Assembly: GCA_963823665.1 (NCBI GenBank)
Contig: CAWGMQ010000005.1
Span: 1,632,001-1,696,000, forward strand
Direction of reading: 5' to 3'
From: an uncultured Planctomycetota bacterium
Lineage (GTDB): Bacteria; Planctomycetota; Planctomycetia; Isosphaerales; Isosphaeraceae
Length of the DNA stretch: 64,000 nucleotides
The translations under genes and the position numbers were made by a program. A model generated the notes under the pieces. The model was not told the DNA's origin, made no database searches, and saw nothing but the letters and a program-made list of their open reading frames with translations. The number at the start of each line of letters is the position of its first letter. Positions within the stretch are counted from its first letter, which is position 1. This document shows positions 31,964 through 43,008 of the stretch, piece by piece.

Positions 31964-32364
31964 ACCGAAAAAAACCGTGCGCGATCTCGTCTTTCGGCGC
32001 GCTCAAGGCCGATGCGAATACTGTCGGAGTCCATCAGAGTTTCTCGCTGGAACATATCCGCCCTCGCAGCCGACAAGGCAACGAACGGCCCGGAAACCTG
32101 GCACTTTCGTGCCAGGGATGCAACAACCATAAATACAGCCGAACGACGGCGCGAGATCCTGTCTCAAACGATCGGGTCAGATTCTTCAATCCTCGCCGCG
32201 ACAAATGGACGACGCATTTTGCCTGGACCGATGACGCAACACAGGTCCTGGGCCTGACGGCGATCGGGCGCGCCACCGTGGAAGCCCTGCAGTTGAATCG
32301 GGCAGCACTGATCAACCTCCGCGGCGTGTTGATCAAGGCAGGCGAGCATCCGCCCCACGATTAA
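31956..32364 (+). CDS. HNH endonuclease (frameshift near 32040)
   Basis: RAQGRCEYC, then in the shifted frame LEHIRPR...NLALSCQGCNNHK...FNPRRDKW...GRATVEALQLN. Confidence 0.8.
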
Positions 32365-32427
32365 CAGAAACACCGAATGTGCGCTCCGCCAATGCACAGC
32401 GAGTTCTGGCGTGGACCAGGGGACCCA

Positions 32428-32786
32428 TCCTAGGGGTCAAACCTCGTTTCAATTTAATTGAGAAGCGGGCCCAAGACGGGGCGCCGGCAATTAACGCCGC
32501 GCCGCCCGCTCGAAGACCAACGCAGGCTCGATTCATCTCGCGAGGGAATGCTCGAAGCATCTTCGTCGGCTAGCTATCCGCTCCCGCTCAGATTCTGGTG
32601 GCGCACACTGGCAGCTTGTTCCACGCCGGCAAATCCACCGAGCCACCGACAGTCCTCGGAACTCGCATTCTCGACCTCGCCACGGACGCAAAAACACCCA
32701 TCCTTTTGTCACGGTCCGCCGCATCCATCCATTCGCGGCTGGCACCGTCCGCGCAAAACCACGGCCTGTGGTTATTCGGAACGCGC
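32428..32786. repeat. Orphan HUH-element end plus conserved ~92-bp block
   Basis: tcctaggggtcaaacctcgtttcaatttaattgagaag at 32428; block 32694-32786 recurs at 34507-34599. Confidence 0.7.
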
Positions 32787-33019
32787 TGAAGGCGAGTGCC
32801 CGACGCTCGGTAAAACGTAGGTCTCCGAAATCCCCCGCGGCAGAAAGTGGCTATCTGACATCCACACGACGCTCATTTCGTAGGTTGGGAAGTGAACAAG
32901 AGCCATTCGCGGCCTTGGTCTTTCCGGGGCGTCGGTGCCACTTCCGGCTGCCACCGTAACGCATGTTGCGACAGTGCGTAGCACGTGATCTCGACAGCCT
33001 CTCCGCAGGCATGCCCTCT

Positions 33020-33231
33020 CTTATCTCCTCGACTTTGCCTTCTTCCGTGATAGTGTGGACGTTTTCTTGACCAGGACCAGCCGTTCCGCGTTCTCGAGCG
33101 ACTTCACCGCGGTCTTGATAAGGTAAAAGACCCTGGGTAAGCGCACGCAAGTTTTCGGGTAGTCCTGCCGGAATTCTGTTGAGCCTTGTGCTCGAGATGA
33201 TGTCTACAACAGAGGCTCATGTGGCAATCGT
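33020..33231. repeat. Internally deleted duplicate of 23341-24272
   Basis: 33020-33118 matches 23341-23439; 33117-33231 closely matches 24158-24272. Confidence 0.9.
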
Positions 33232-33443
33232 GCCCACCTTACCAGCCCTCATGAGTCGTTTTGAGGGAACCCTGATCCCGATCAATTTCCGTTCATGACG
33301 AGCCTGACACCGAAATTACGCAATTGGCTCATAATCAGTGTACATATGTTGACTAACGGCCGATAAGTCGTTCCAATGTGCTGCTTGAGCGGCCGCGGCA
33401 GAAGCAGCTTCAACAACCAGATAACGATCTCAAGGAGATTCCC

Positions 33444-33943
33444 GTGTCGTACGCTGAAACGGTGTTGCCCGAGTTCGATCAGGAAATGGCAAACACTCGC
33501 AAGGTGATCGAACGGATTCCGGACGACAAGCTCGCCTGGCAGCCTCATCCCAAGTCGCGCACCATTGGCTGGAACGCCAATCATCTGGCGAACCTGCCTG
33601 ATTGGGCCGTGCATACGCTCGCGACCTCTTCGCTGGATATTGCCCCGGTCGGAGGCAAGCGCTTCGAGTCGCCGAACTTCGCGAGCCGGAAGGAGATTCT
33701 TGAGCTTTTCGACAAGAACGTCGCGGCAGCGCGAGCGGCGATCGCGGCGGCGAAAGACGAAGACATGGCCGGCATGTGGACGTTACTGGCCGGTGGGAAT
33801 CCAATCTTCACGATGCCGCGTTCAGCCGTCATCCGGTCAGTTGTGCTGAATCACATGATTCACCATCGGCGCACCTGTGCGTCTATCTCCGCCTGAACGA
33901 CATCCCGGTTCCCGGCATGTATGGACCGTCGGGTGATGAGTGA
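33444..33943 (+). CDS. DinB family protein (frameshift near 33869)
   Basis: WQPHPKSRTIGWNANH...NHMIHHR|AHLCVYLRLNDIPVPGMYGPS; AAGGAG RBS. Confidence 0.85.
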
Positions 33944-34282
33944 AGTGGTTCCCGGGAACCCGCCCACACATCCCCCCAGCAGTCACAAAAACGACGAAGA
34001 TCACTGCTCCACATGTGGGGGGTGTTCACCCAGAGTGCGCCACATTCGGCGCACCCGAATCATTTGCGTCCGATTCATCCGCAACACCGCTATGGTTGCC
34101 CGGTCAGCCAGTGTCAGTCCGACAATGCTTCCAACTCGCCGGTGCTCAAGACAATCAGTATTTCGGGGTCTTCGTTCATCGCAAGCCCTCTGGGACTCAC
34201 AATCGGCTCTAACCGCTTAAGCCTCAATTGTGAATAAGATTGCTCCGGAGAAGCCAGTCACCCACCCTCTGGAGTCAGTTTA

Positions 34283-34599
34283 TCCTTGGGGGTCAGACCC
34301 ATTTTCAATTTAATTCAGAAGGCGGCCAACCACGGTAGTGCCGAGCGCAAGTTGCAAAGCGTCCATCGAGACGGTCAGGCCCCGAGTAGGTCTTACCCCG
34401 TCGAACCGGTTCCCAGCGGAAAGAGTCGCCGGGCCCAGATATCGGTCCGCCTTCCCACCGCCTGGTCCGATAAGAGCCGGGTGACGAAGGAAGCAGTGAC
34501 GCTAAGACACCCATCCTTTTGTCACAGTCCCCAGCATCCATTCATTCGCGGCTCGCACGTTCGGCGCAAAACAACGGCCACTGGTTATTCGGAACGCGC
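34283..34599. repeat. Orphan HUH-element end plus conserved ~92-bp block
   Basis: tccttgggggtcagacccattttcaatttaattcagaag at 34283; block at 34507-34599. Confidence 0.7.
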
Positions 34600-34890
34600 A
34601 GAAAATGAGGAAATGCTTTTTGGTTGCGGCTCTGCCGCGTTGGGGATACACGGGAAATGTCACGCGGTCGTGAACTGCCAGAAGCCGTTGTCGATCTCAG
34701 GTTGCCCGATATGATCGATGAGGTTGTCGAGTCAGTCGTGAGGCACGCTCTTGGCGGCCGAACGTCCCGGACTGACGGTCGAACGAAGTGTAAAGGGTGA
34801 ATATCGGGTTCGGCTTGGCGTTCGCTGACCAATCGATTCAGGACTTACGTCGGGACCGAGATGTAACGGGTCAACTAGTAATCAGACTTG

Positions 34891-35142
34891 TCAGGTGGGC
34901 GCTGGGCCGATGGGATACTCTCTGACCAGCAACGGTTCGAGGGCCAGTCGTTTTCGAGGGAGATTCAATATGCCGGGCATCGGTACGTAGGTGACGGCGA
35001 TCGGCCTGATCATGATCCTGGTGGGCCATTTCTGGATCGTTGTCGTGGCGTTCCAGGAGAGCTTACTATGGGGTGCGGCGAGCCTGCGCGTACCCATCGT
35101 CGTCATTGGTTTCGTCATCTCCCACTGGGACAGGGTCGCCAA
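34891..35142 (-). CDS. Small hypothetical protein
   Basis: The minus strand is hydrophobic-codon rich here; reading frame uncertain. Confidence 0.25.
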   Translation of the reverse strand: MATLSQWEMTKPMTTMGTRRLAAPHSKLSWNATTTIQKWPTRIMIRPIAVTYVPMPGILNLPRKRLALEPLLVREYPIGPAPT

Positions 35143-35283
35143 GCCATTCGGCCTCTAAATCGTAGGGTGGCTCACCAAGCTGCTGGGAGCGGCACTCACG
35201 GGCGGGGCATACAGCTAGTCGGCGGTCCATTCTTGATCGACGAGCCATGAGGGGCACGTTGACGGAATGACGTTGGGAGCAAC

Positions 35284-35727
35284 ATGATGCATTGGCGGAC
35301 GTGGATGCTCGTCGGTGCGACTGGCGCCGTGTACTTGAACCTTAACTTGGTAGCGAGCCCAGGTACCGGGCCCCGTCGTGCGCCGAAGCCCCCTGGCTCA
35401 GAGCTCGAGCGATTTTTCGGCTGGCCCGCAACCTACCGCGCCGAGTTGTGGGAATCCGACGATCCGCGGATGGCCGACTGGTATGCGGGCTCGGCCTGGA
35501 TGTCCGATCCCTCCCCTCACATGACTTTGCTGGCCCGAAGGTTCGGACTGCGCGCCGCTGCGGTGGATCTACTATTCGCCGTGGTTATCCTGACCATGAC
35601 GGGGGTGGCGAGCGAGGGTTCGCGGAGGCGAGAACTGCGTCGAAGGGATTTCGCGGTTCTCCTCGCATGCGTGTCGATCCTCGCCGCGGGGTACCTCGCT
35701 TCGGGCTTGGTCGCTGTCTTCCTGTAG
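35284..35727 (+). CDS. Hypothetical membrane protein
   Basis: Three hydrophobic segments, FGWP motif, RBS upstream. Confidence 0.6.
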   Translation: MMHWRTWMLVGATGAVYLNLNLVASPGTGPRRAPKPPGSELERFFGWPATYRAELWESDDPRMADWYAGSAWMSDPSPHMTLLARRFGLRAAAVDLLFAVVILTMTGVASEGSRRRELRRRDFAVLLACVSILAAGYLASGLVAVFL

Positions 35728-35914
35728 CCCCAAGTGATCAGCGCCAAACCTCGCGCTGAGTTGGCCCAGGCTGTTTCCCGTCCTCTCGAGGTGATTGAGC
35801 AGCCCTACTCATCGCTTCCAGAACTGCCACCAGCGTGTAGGATAACCTCACATGAGCGGGTCGCCACCGAATCCACCGGATTGAATTCCCTGCACTCCGG
35901 CGAAAGGACTGAAT

Positions 35915-37525
35915 TTGATGCCCGATGTTACGAGCCTGATTCTCTGCATTAGCTTCATGGTCGTCATCGCCTTGGTAGTCATTTGCCGAAGCCGTATAGG
36001 TTCCGTAGGTTCCCGGCTCTTCGTCCTCGGCAAGCAGCGTCACAAGCAGGGACAGTACGCCGAGGCGGAGCGGCTGTTTCGTAGGGCCTTGGAGATGCGC
36101 GAGAAGGCTCTCAGACCTGACCACCCGCACGTGGCTGTGGTCCTGAACAGCCTGGGAATGACGTACCACGCCCAGGCCAGGTACGCCGAAGCGGAGGCTT
36201 GCTTTGACCGATGCCTGGAGATCTTCGAGCGCACCCCTGACCAGAACCTCCCCGATCTGGCCCGTACCCTCAGCAACGTTGGAACTCTTCAGAAGGACCA
36301 GGAAAGGTATCCCGAAGCCGAGTCGAGCCATCGGCGTGCGGTGAAGATCCTTGAATCGGTCCTGGGACCGAACCACCCCGACCTGGCGTCGGCATTGAAC
36401 AACCTGGCCGAGACTTACCGAGTCTTGGGTCGCCCTGACGAGGCAGAGCCGCTCCTTCGCCGGGCGATCGCCATCCGTGAGGAGTCAAACGGACCGGACG
36501 ATCCTGGGTTGGTCCCGCACCTTAACATCCTCGCTGACTTGTGTCGTGGACTTGCCCGCTATCCGGAGGCCGAGCTGCTGTACTTGCGGGCACTCTCGAT
36601 CCAGGAGCGTGCGCAGGGGGCAGGACACCCGCTGATGGTGTCGCTTATGAACAACTTGGCCGTTCTCCGTCACGACCAGGGACGATACGGCGAGGCGGAA
36701 GCCATTCAGCGGCGGTCCCTGGCACAGAGGGAGCAGGTATCTGGGCCGGGGCACCCGAACACGGCGAGCGCCCTTAACAACATGGCTGTCCTGCTCATGA
36801 ACCAGGCCCGTTATGCCGAGGCCGAGCCGTTCTACAAACGGGCTCTGGAAGTCTGGGAGACGTCCCTGGGGCCGAACAGCGTCCAGACCGCACGAAGTAT
36901 GCAAAACCTCGCACAGCTTTACACCAAATGGGGGCGTTACGCCGAGGCGGAGCGGCTTTCACGCCACTCACTCGCCGTGTTGGAAGAAGCCCAAGGATCG
37001 GAGCACAATGTCGGGCTGGCCTTGAATAACCTGGGCAAGTTAATCGTCAAGCGGGGCCAGCACCACGAAGCCGAAGGACTTTACCGGAGGTCATTGGAAA
37101 TCAGTGAGAGGCTACACGGGGACGACCATCCGACGGTGGCGGTCACGCTTCACAACCTTTCCGAACTTCGGCGTCTTCAGGGTCGGCTTGACGAAGCAGA
37201 GTCCCTTGGCTGGCGTTCTCTCGGAATCTGGGAGAAACGGCGGACGGGCGATCACAAGTTGATGGCTGCCTGCCTTGGCAATTTGGCCGAACTTCGGCTG
37301 GCCCAAGGTCGTACGGAGGAAGCAGAGTCCATAGCAAGACGCTGCTTGGGGATGCGGGAACGTTGTCTGGGCACAGGCCACCCCCAAGTGGCCGAGGCGC
37401 TGAGGATCGTGGCCGCTATTCTGCGGGCAAGAGGACGGGATACGGAGGCGGTGCCGCTCCAAACACGTGCGGTAGTGATCATGGGGACTATCGACGCCAA
37501 ACCTGACTCGGGTGCGATCGGTTGA
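35915..37525 (+). CDS. Membrane-anchored tetratricopeptide repeat protein (kinesin-light-chain-type 42-aa TPRs)
   Basis: Repeated HP..A..LNNLA..Y..QGRY.EAE.L..RAL.I.E units after an N-terminal TM helix. Confidence 0.92.
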   Translation: MMPDVTSLILCISFMVVIALVVICRSRIGSVGSRLFVLGKQRHKQGQYAEAERLFRRALEMREKALRPDHPHVAVVLNSLGMTYHAQARYAEAEACFDRCLEIFERTPDQNLPDLARTLSNVGTLQKDQERYPEAESSHRRAVKILESVLGPNHPDLASALNNLAETYRVLGRPDEAEPLLRRAIAIREESNGPDDPGLVPHLNILADLCRGLARYPEAELLYLRALSIQERAQGAGHPLMVSLMNNLAVLRHDQGRYGEAEAIQRRSLAQREQVSGPGHPNTASALNNMAVLLMNQARYAEAEPFYKRALEVWETSLGPNSVQTARSMQNLAQLYTKWGRYAEAERLSRHSLAVLEEAQGSEHNVGLALNNLGKLIVKRGQHHEAEGLYRRSLEISERLHGDDHPTVAVTLHNLSELRRLQGRLDEAESLGWRSLGIWEKRRTGDHKLMAACLGNLAELRLAQGRTEEAESIARRCLGMRERCLGTGHPQVAEALRIVAAILRARGRDTEAVPLQTRAVVIMGTIDAKPDSGAIG

Positions 37526-37648
37526 CTGTTCGTCGATCGAACTCATTCTCGACCTCGCCACGGGCGACTGCTCGGCTCGCCATTGATGAGGCACGGTTCT
37601 TTCACGTAGCCTGTGAGCAGGTTGACGGATGATCGCATACGCAGTTTG

Positions 37649-37990
37649 ATGGAAATCTCGATGGAAACAGCGACCCGCTGGTATCACCTCGTCGCCTACT
37701 TCTTCGGCGGGGCCTTTCTCGCGAACACGATCCCCCATCTGGTGAACGGCATCTCGGGTCTCCCGTTCCAGAGCCCATTTGCATCGCCGCCAGGACAAGG
37801 CTTGTCATCGTCGACGGTCAACGTCCTCTGGGGCATGTTCAACCTGGCAGTGGCTTACGGACTGATCGTCCGCGTTGGTCGTTTCGAACTGCGACAAACG
37901 AGGCATATGTTCGTCCTCACACTCGGCGCGCTCCTCATGGCGCTGAGCCTGGCGCGCCATTTCGGTCAATTTCACGGCGGGCTCCGCTGA
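37649..37990 (+). CDS. Small conserved membrane protein
   Basis: FFGGAFLANTIPHLVNGISG.PFQSPFA.PPG.GLSS..VNVLWG; three TM segments. Confidence 0.75.
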   Translation: MEISMETATRWYHLVAYFFGGAFLANTIPHLVNGISGLPFQSPFASPPGQGLSSSTVNVLWGMFNLAVAYGLIVRVGRFELRQTRHMFVLTLGALLMALSLARHFGQFHGGLR

Positions 37991-38219
37991 AGTCCAACCG
38001 CAAGCGCTGAGCAGTTGCCACGGCTCATTCCTCGTCGTCGTCCTCTTCGAGCTCGCTCGGCTTCGCGAACCCGATGTAATGGGAGCCAGGTCTTCAGGGA
38101 TTGCCCCACGCTCGTCCCGCCTCCCCGGCCCGTCCAATCGAGCAGCATGACAACCTGAAACCCGTCAAATTGAACACACGCCGTTCAACTGAACATGATC
38201 ACCGTGTCTGCATGTTCTA

Positions 38220-38435
38220 TTCGCGCCTTTTCCACCTTGGCGCCTTTGCGCCTTTGCGTGAGCCCATCTCCGCTTATCTCTCCGTGCCTTTGACTTCCTC
38301 GTTCCGTGTATCTCTTTACGCCTTTCTCCACTCCGCGCCTTTGCGTGAGCCCCATGCGCGTGTCTTCGCCCTTTCTTCGCCCTTCTCTTCGGTCTTCGCC
38401 CTTCTCTCCGCCCTTCCCGTCTTCGCCCCTCCGCC
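38220..38435. repeat. Pyrimidine-rich short-repeat tract (gcgcctttgcgtgagccc x2; tcttcgccc units)
   Basis: Copies at 38248 and 38335 plus several cttcgccc units. Confidence 0.65.
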
Positions 38436-38528
38436 ATTCGCACGATTTTCCCTCGTTGCAACAATCGGCGCCGGCTATCATAGGAGGGCGATCAAAAACC
38501 TCCAATTGATCCACGATTCGGGCGTCTC

Positions 38529-39870
38529 ATGCCAACTCTCGAAATCGGAAGCTTCCAGTCTCACACGTGCCAGGGGATGACCCGCCGCGCGTTTCTTTCT
38601 GCGGGCGTGGCAGCACCATTCGCATTGGCATCGTCCGCGCACGCAAGATCGAACCTGGTAGCCGAAGCCCCTCGCAGCCAAATCAATCTTGCTGGTATGG
38701 CTCGGTGGCGGGCCGAGCCATCTTGACCTCTTTGACCCCAAGCCCAAGGCGCCCATCGAATACCGCGGTCCGTTCGCCACAATTGCCACCCGATCCCCCG
38801 GCGTGCGATACACCGAGCTCTTGCCCAAACTGGCAGCCCGCTCACACAAGTTCTCGCTGATTCGAAGCAATGTCAATTTTCACGACGGCCATCGCGAGGC
38901 AGGCTCGATTGCGCTGACTGGTGCGCAGGCCGCGGCCGCGATCTATCCGCCCAATTTTGGCTCGATCGTCGCCCGGAAGCGCGGCCATGACGCACTCCCC
39001 CGTTTCATCTCGCTCACTCGCGGCCCGATTGGCGATGGCGTCGGCCCCATTCAGGGCTACGGTGGCGGAACCTGGGGCAAGGCGTACGACCCATTCCTGG
39101 TCGGCTGCACCGAGCGCGGGCAGGTTGAAATCCCGAGCTTGAAGCTCGCAGAGGGCCTCAGCCCCGAACGCCTGACCGATCGACGATTCCTGCTCGCGGA
39201 GATCGACCGGGTGCGGCGCGATGCCGATGGTGGCACCTACGAAATTTGGGACCACCTGCAAAAGCGAGCCTATGCGCTGCTCACCTCGCCCGCGGGGATC
39301 GCCGCACTCGATCTCTCGCGAGAAAGCCCTGCCACACGCACAGCCTATGGTCAAACGTCCTTCGGTCAAAGTTGCCTGCTCGGTCGACGACTCGTGGAGG
39401 CCGGTGTCCCGTACGTCCAGGTCAACTGGAGCCGATTTGTTGAAGTGTTTTATCCTTTCTCTGATTACGGCTGGGATACGCACGCCGATAACTTCGGCTT
39501 GATCGCCGACTGGCACTCGCCCCTTTTCGACAGGGTGTTTTCCACGCTCATCGACGACCTGGATGATCGCGGGCTGCTCGAGACGACGCTGGTCGTTTGC
39601 ATGGGTGAATTCGGCCGCACGCCGCGCATCAATGAAATCGGCTCGCGCGACCACTGGCACTCTTGCTACTTCTCGCTCTGGGCCGGTGCTGGTGTTCAAT
39701 CGGGCCGCACCATCGGTGAGAGCGACGCCCGCGGCGAGCACCCTGTCACCGACCCCATCACTCCGGCCATGGTTGGTGCAACCATCCTCGAGCTTGCCGG
39801 CATCAATTCTGCCACCCGCGCCGAGCTTCGCATCCTGCCGGAAGGACGTGTGGTGCATGAATTGCTCTGA
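38529..39870 (+). CDS. DUF1501 family protein (Tat leader; frameshift near 38675)
   Basis: TRRAFL leader; LVWLGGGPSHLDLFDPKP, WDTH, GEFGRTP and RDHW motifs. Confidence 0.9.
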
Positions 39871-40778
39871 GCGAATCTCTCCGCGCCCCGCTGTCCTCAA
39901 AATCATGGCAGTCGCGCTCGCATTCGCCGTAGGAAGTGCCGCGCGCGGACGAGCCGGTGAGGCTGACAACCGATGGAGCTCTCAAGCTCGCGCCGGTCGT
40001 CGTCGAGAATGGCAAAGAAGTGATCTTCGCAACGCATGAGGCACCCAACCTGGTCGCCATCGTGCGCCTCACATTGAGCGACGGCTCTCGTCGACGTATG
40101 CATCCCGCGGTTGTCAATCACCAGTTCGACCCGGCCGTCTCACCCGACGGCCACTTGCATGCGTACGCAAGGTCAGCAACGGCACCCCAGATGGTGTTGG
40201 TCATCCAGGATCTCCGCGACAAGAAAGAATCGGTCTTCCGTCCCCGCGAATCACGCGCGACGGTTCGCAACCCGTCGTTCGCACCGAACGGCACACGCGT
40301 CGTATTCAGTCTCTCGGATATCGGTGGCCATCAGATCAGCTCGGTCAACAAAGAGGCACAGGATCTGAAGGCGCTCACAAACGCGCCCGGTATGAATGCG
40401 TGGCCCGCTTTCTCGCCCGATGGACGGAGAATCTGCTTCGGCTCGAGCAGAACCGGCGACTTCGAGATCTATGTGATGAACGCCGACGGGTCGAGTCCTG
40501 AGCGACTGACACGAAGCCCGGGGCTCGACGTCCGCCCTGCCTGGTCGCCCGATGGATCCCGCATCGCATTCGCCAGCAACCGTGACGGAAACTACGAGAT
40601 CTACGTGATGAATGCCGACGGCTCGAATCAGCAGAACGCGACAGGGCACCCCGCGCGCGACGACCATCCCGCGTGGCATCCTGACGGGCGATTGGTCTTC
40701 GTGTCCGACCGAGACGGCGGGTCAGACCTTTACTTGATGAGCATCGCGCGTGAAGCTCGCGTGTCTGTGGTACCTTGA
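39857..40778 (+). CDS. TolB-like PD40 beta-propeller protein (frameshift near 39945)
   Basis: Repeated PAWSPDG..IAF.S.RDG..EIYVMNADG. Confidence 0.88.
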
Positions 40779-40813
40779 TCGACTCCTTCGTCGCCCGTGG
40801 AGAACGCAATCCC

Positions 40814-41164
40814 ATGAACGTCGCCTCCAAGTTCCTCCGCCGTGACCCAACCGAAGTCACCCCCTGGGCAGAGACCTGCGGTCAGATCCGGCCTCTGGTC
40901 GAAGAAAAAGACGGGGCAGCCGCCGAGATTCACCACGTCGAGATCGGCGACGCCAAGCTCCACCTTCACGAGCGAACCGACGAATTCTATTATGTCGTCG
41001 ACGGTCGTGGCACGATGGTTCTGGACGACGAAAGCATGGAGCTTCATCCCGGCGTCGTCGTGTACGTGCCCAGAGGCACCCCGCACAAAGCCATCGGTAA
41101 GCTCACAATACTGACGGTGTGCATCCCGCCGGGAGTTTTGCACGATATCCACGAATTGGAATGA
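40814..41164 (+). CDS. Cupin domain protein
   Basis: HLHERTDEFYYVVDGRG...VPRGTPHK. Confidence 0.88.
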   Translation: MNVASKFLRRDPTEVTPWAETCGQIRPLVEEKDGAAAEIHHVEIGDAKLHLHERTDEFYYVVDGRGTMVLDDESMELHPGVVVYVPRGTPHKAIGKLTILTVCIPPGVLHDIHELE

Positions 41165-41171
41165 CCCCATC

Positions 41172-42985
41172 ATGACCGACCGCCGAGCGAATTTCCCATC
41201 AACCCAGATGCTTCCCACGGTTGGCTTGCGCATCAGGCCGGCGATCCACGCGGTCGCGCTTGCGTGGTTATTTTTCCAAACGAGTGCCGGCGCCAGACCG
41301 TGGATCACTCTCAAAAGGCTCCGGCGGTCCAGATTCGTGTCAGCTTCAAGAAGGACATCCGCAATACGCCACTCGATGGTCGGCTGCTCGTCATGTTCTC
41401 GACGGATCCCAAGGACGAACCGCGCTTCCAGATCAACGACGGGCCCAAGACGCAGCAGATCTTCGGCCTCGACGTCAATGATCTTCAGCCCGATGCGGAG
41501 ATCGCCGTCGATTCGTCCGCGCTGGGATACCCGCTGGAAAACCTGCATCTCCTTCCTGCCGGCAAATATCGAGTTCAGGCATTGATTCATCTGTACGAGA
41601 CCGTGCACCGTAGCGACGGCCACACACTCAAGATTCCCATGGATCGCGGCGAAGGCCAGCAGTGGAACAAGGCCCCCGGCAATCTCTTTAGCACGCCCCA
41701 GGAAGTGACGATCGAGCCGGGCTCGGGCTCCGTCACACCGGTCATCATTCACATCGACAAGGTGATTCCCCCAATCCCAGAGCCCGAGACGACGCGGTAC
41801 ATCAAGCACGAACGAATCCAGAGCGATCTCCTCACGAAGTTCTGGGGACGGCCCATGCATCTGGGCGCTCACATCCTCCTGCCCGAGGGTTTTGACAGTC
41901 ATCCGAACGCGCGCTACCCGCTCGTCATTTTCCACGGCCACTTTCCCCAAACGTTCGGCGGTTTCCGCGAGCAGCCTCCCGACGAGAACCTCAAGCCCGA
42001 CTACAGCGAGCGCTTTCATCTCTCGGGCTACAACAAGATCGTCCAGGATCACGCTTACCGGTTCTACAAGGAATGGACCGGCCCGAACTACCCGCGCATG
42101 ATCATTATCGAAATCCAACATGCGAATCCATTCTACGATGATTCGTACGCCGTGAACTCGGCCAACCTCGGACCATACGGCGATGCGATCACCTACGAGC
42201 TGATTCCCTTTATCGAGAAGAAATACCGCTGCCTGGGTTCCGGCTGGGCGCGATTCCTCTACGGCGGCTCGACCGGCGGCTGGGAGGCGCTGGCGGCCCA
42301 GATCTTCTATCCCAAGGAATATAACGGATGCTACGCGGCCTGCCCCGACCCGATCGACTTCCGCGCCTATACCGTCGTTGATATCTACAAGGACAAGAAC
42401 GCTTATCGCGACGAAGGACCCTTTCACTCCGTCAAACGCCCGGGCGCTCGCAATTACCTCGGTCAGATTTCTTCGACCCTCGAAGATTCCAACCACCACG
42501 AGCTTGCCCTCGGCACCAAGAGCCGTTCCGGCCAGCAATGGGATATCTGGCAGGCCGTCTACTCTCCCGTCGGGCCCGATGGCTATCCCAAGCCGATCTG
42601 GGACAAGCACACCGGCGTCATCGATCCTGAAGTGGCGCAATACTGGAAGGAGCACTACGACCTGCGTGCGATCGCCGAGCGCGATTGGCCCAAGATCGGC
42701 AAAGACCTTGACGGCAAGATCAACATCTACGTCGGCGACATGGACACTTTTTACCTCAATAACGCCGTCTACTTGATGGAAGAGTTTCTCAAGAAAGCGA
42801 CCAATCCACCCTATGGCGGCGAGGTGCTCTACGGCGATCGGGCCGAGCACTGCTGGAACGGCGACCCCAAACAGCCCAACGCAATCAGCCGGTTGCGCTA
42901 TCACCAGATGTACGCGCCGAAAATCGTCGAGCGTCTCCTGAAGACCGCCCCTCCCGGTGGGGACGTCACGAGCTGGCGATACTGA
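41172..42985 (+). CDS. Exported alpha/beta-hydrolase (putative esterase); frameshift near 41293
   Basis: YPLVIFHG, GGSTGG nucleophile elbow, IYVGDMD; signal peptide lies in the frame of ORF 41172. Confidence 0.8.
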
Positions 42986-43008
42986 CCCGGCCATCGAGGA
43001 CACGAAGA

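Noticed and set aside
40720..40730. gggtcagacct match to the HUH end motif
   Set aside because: Lies within coding sequence (GSDL) and lacks the TTTCAATT part.
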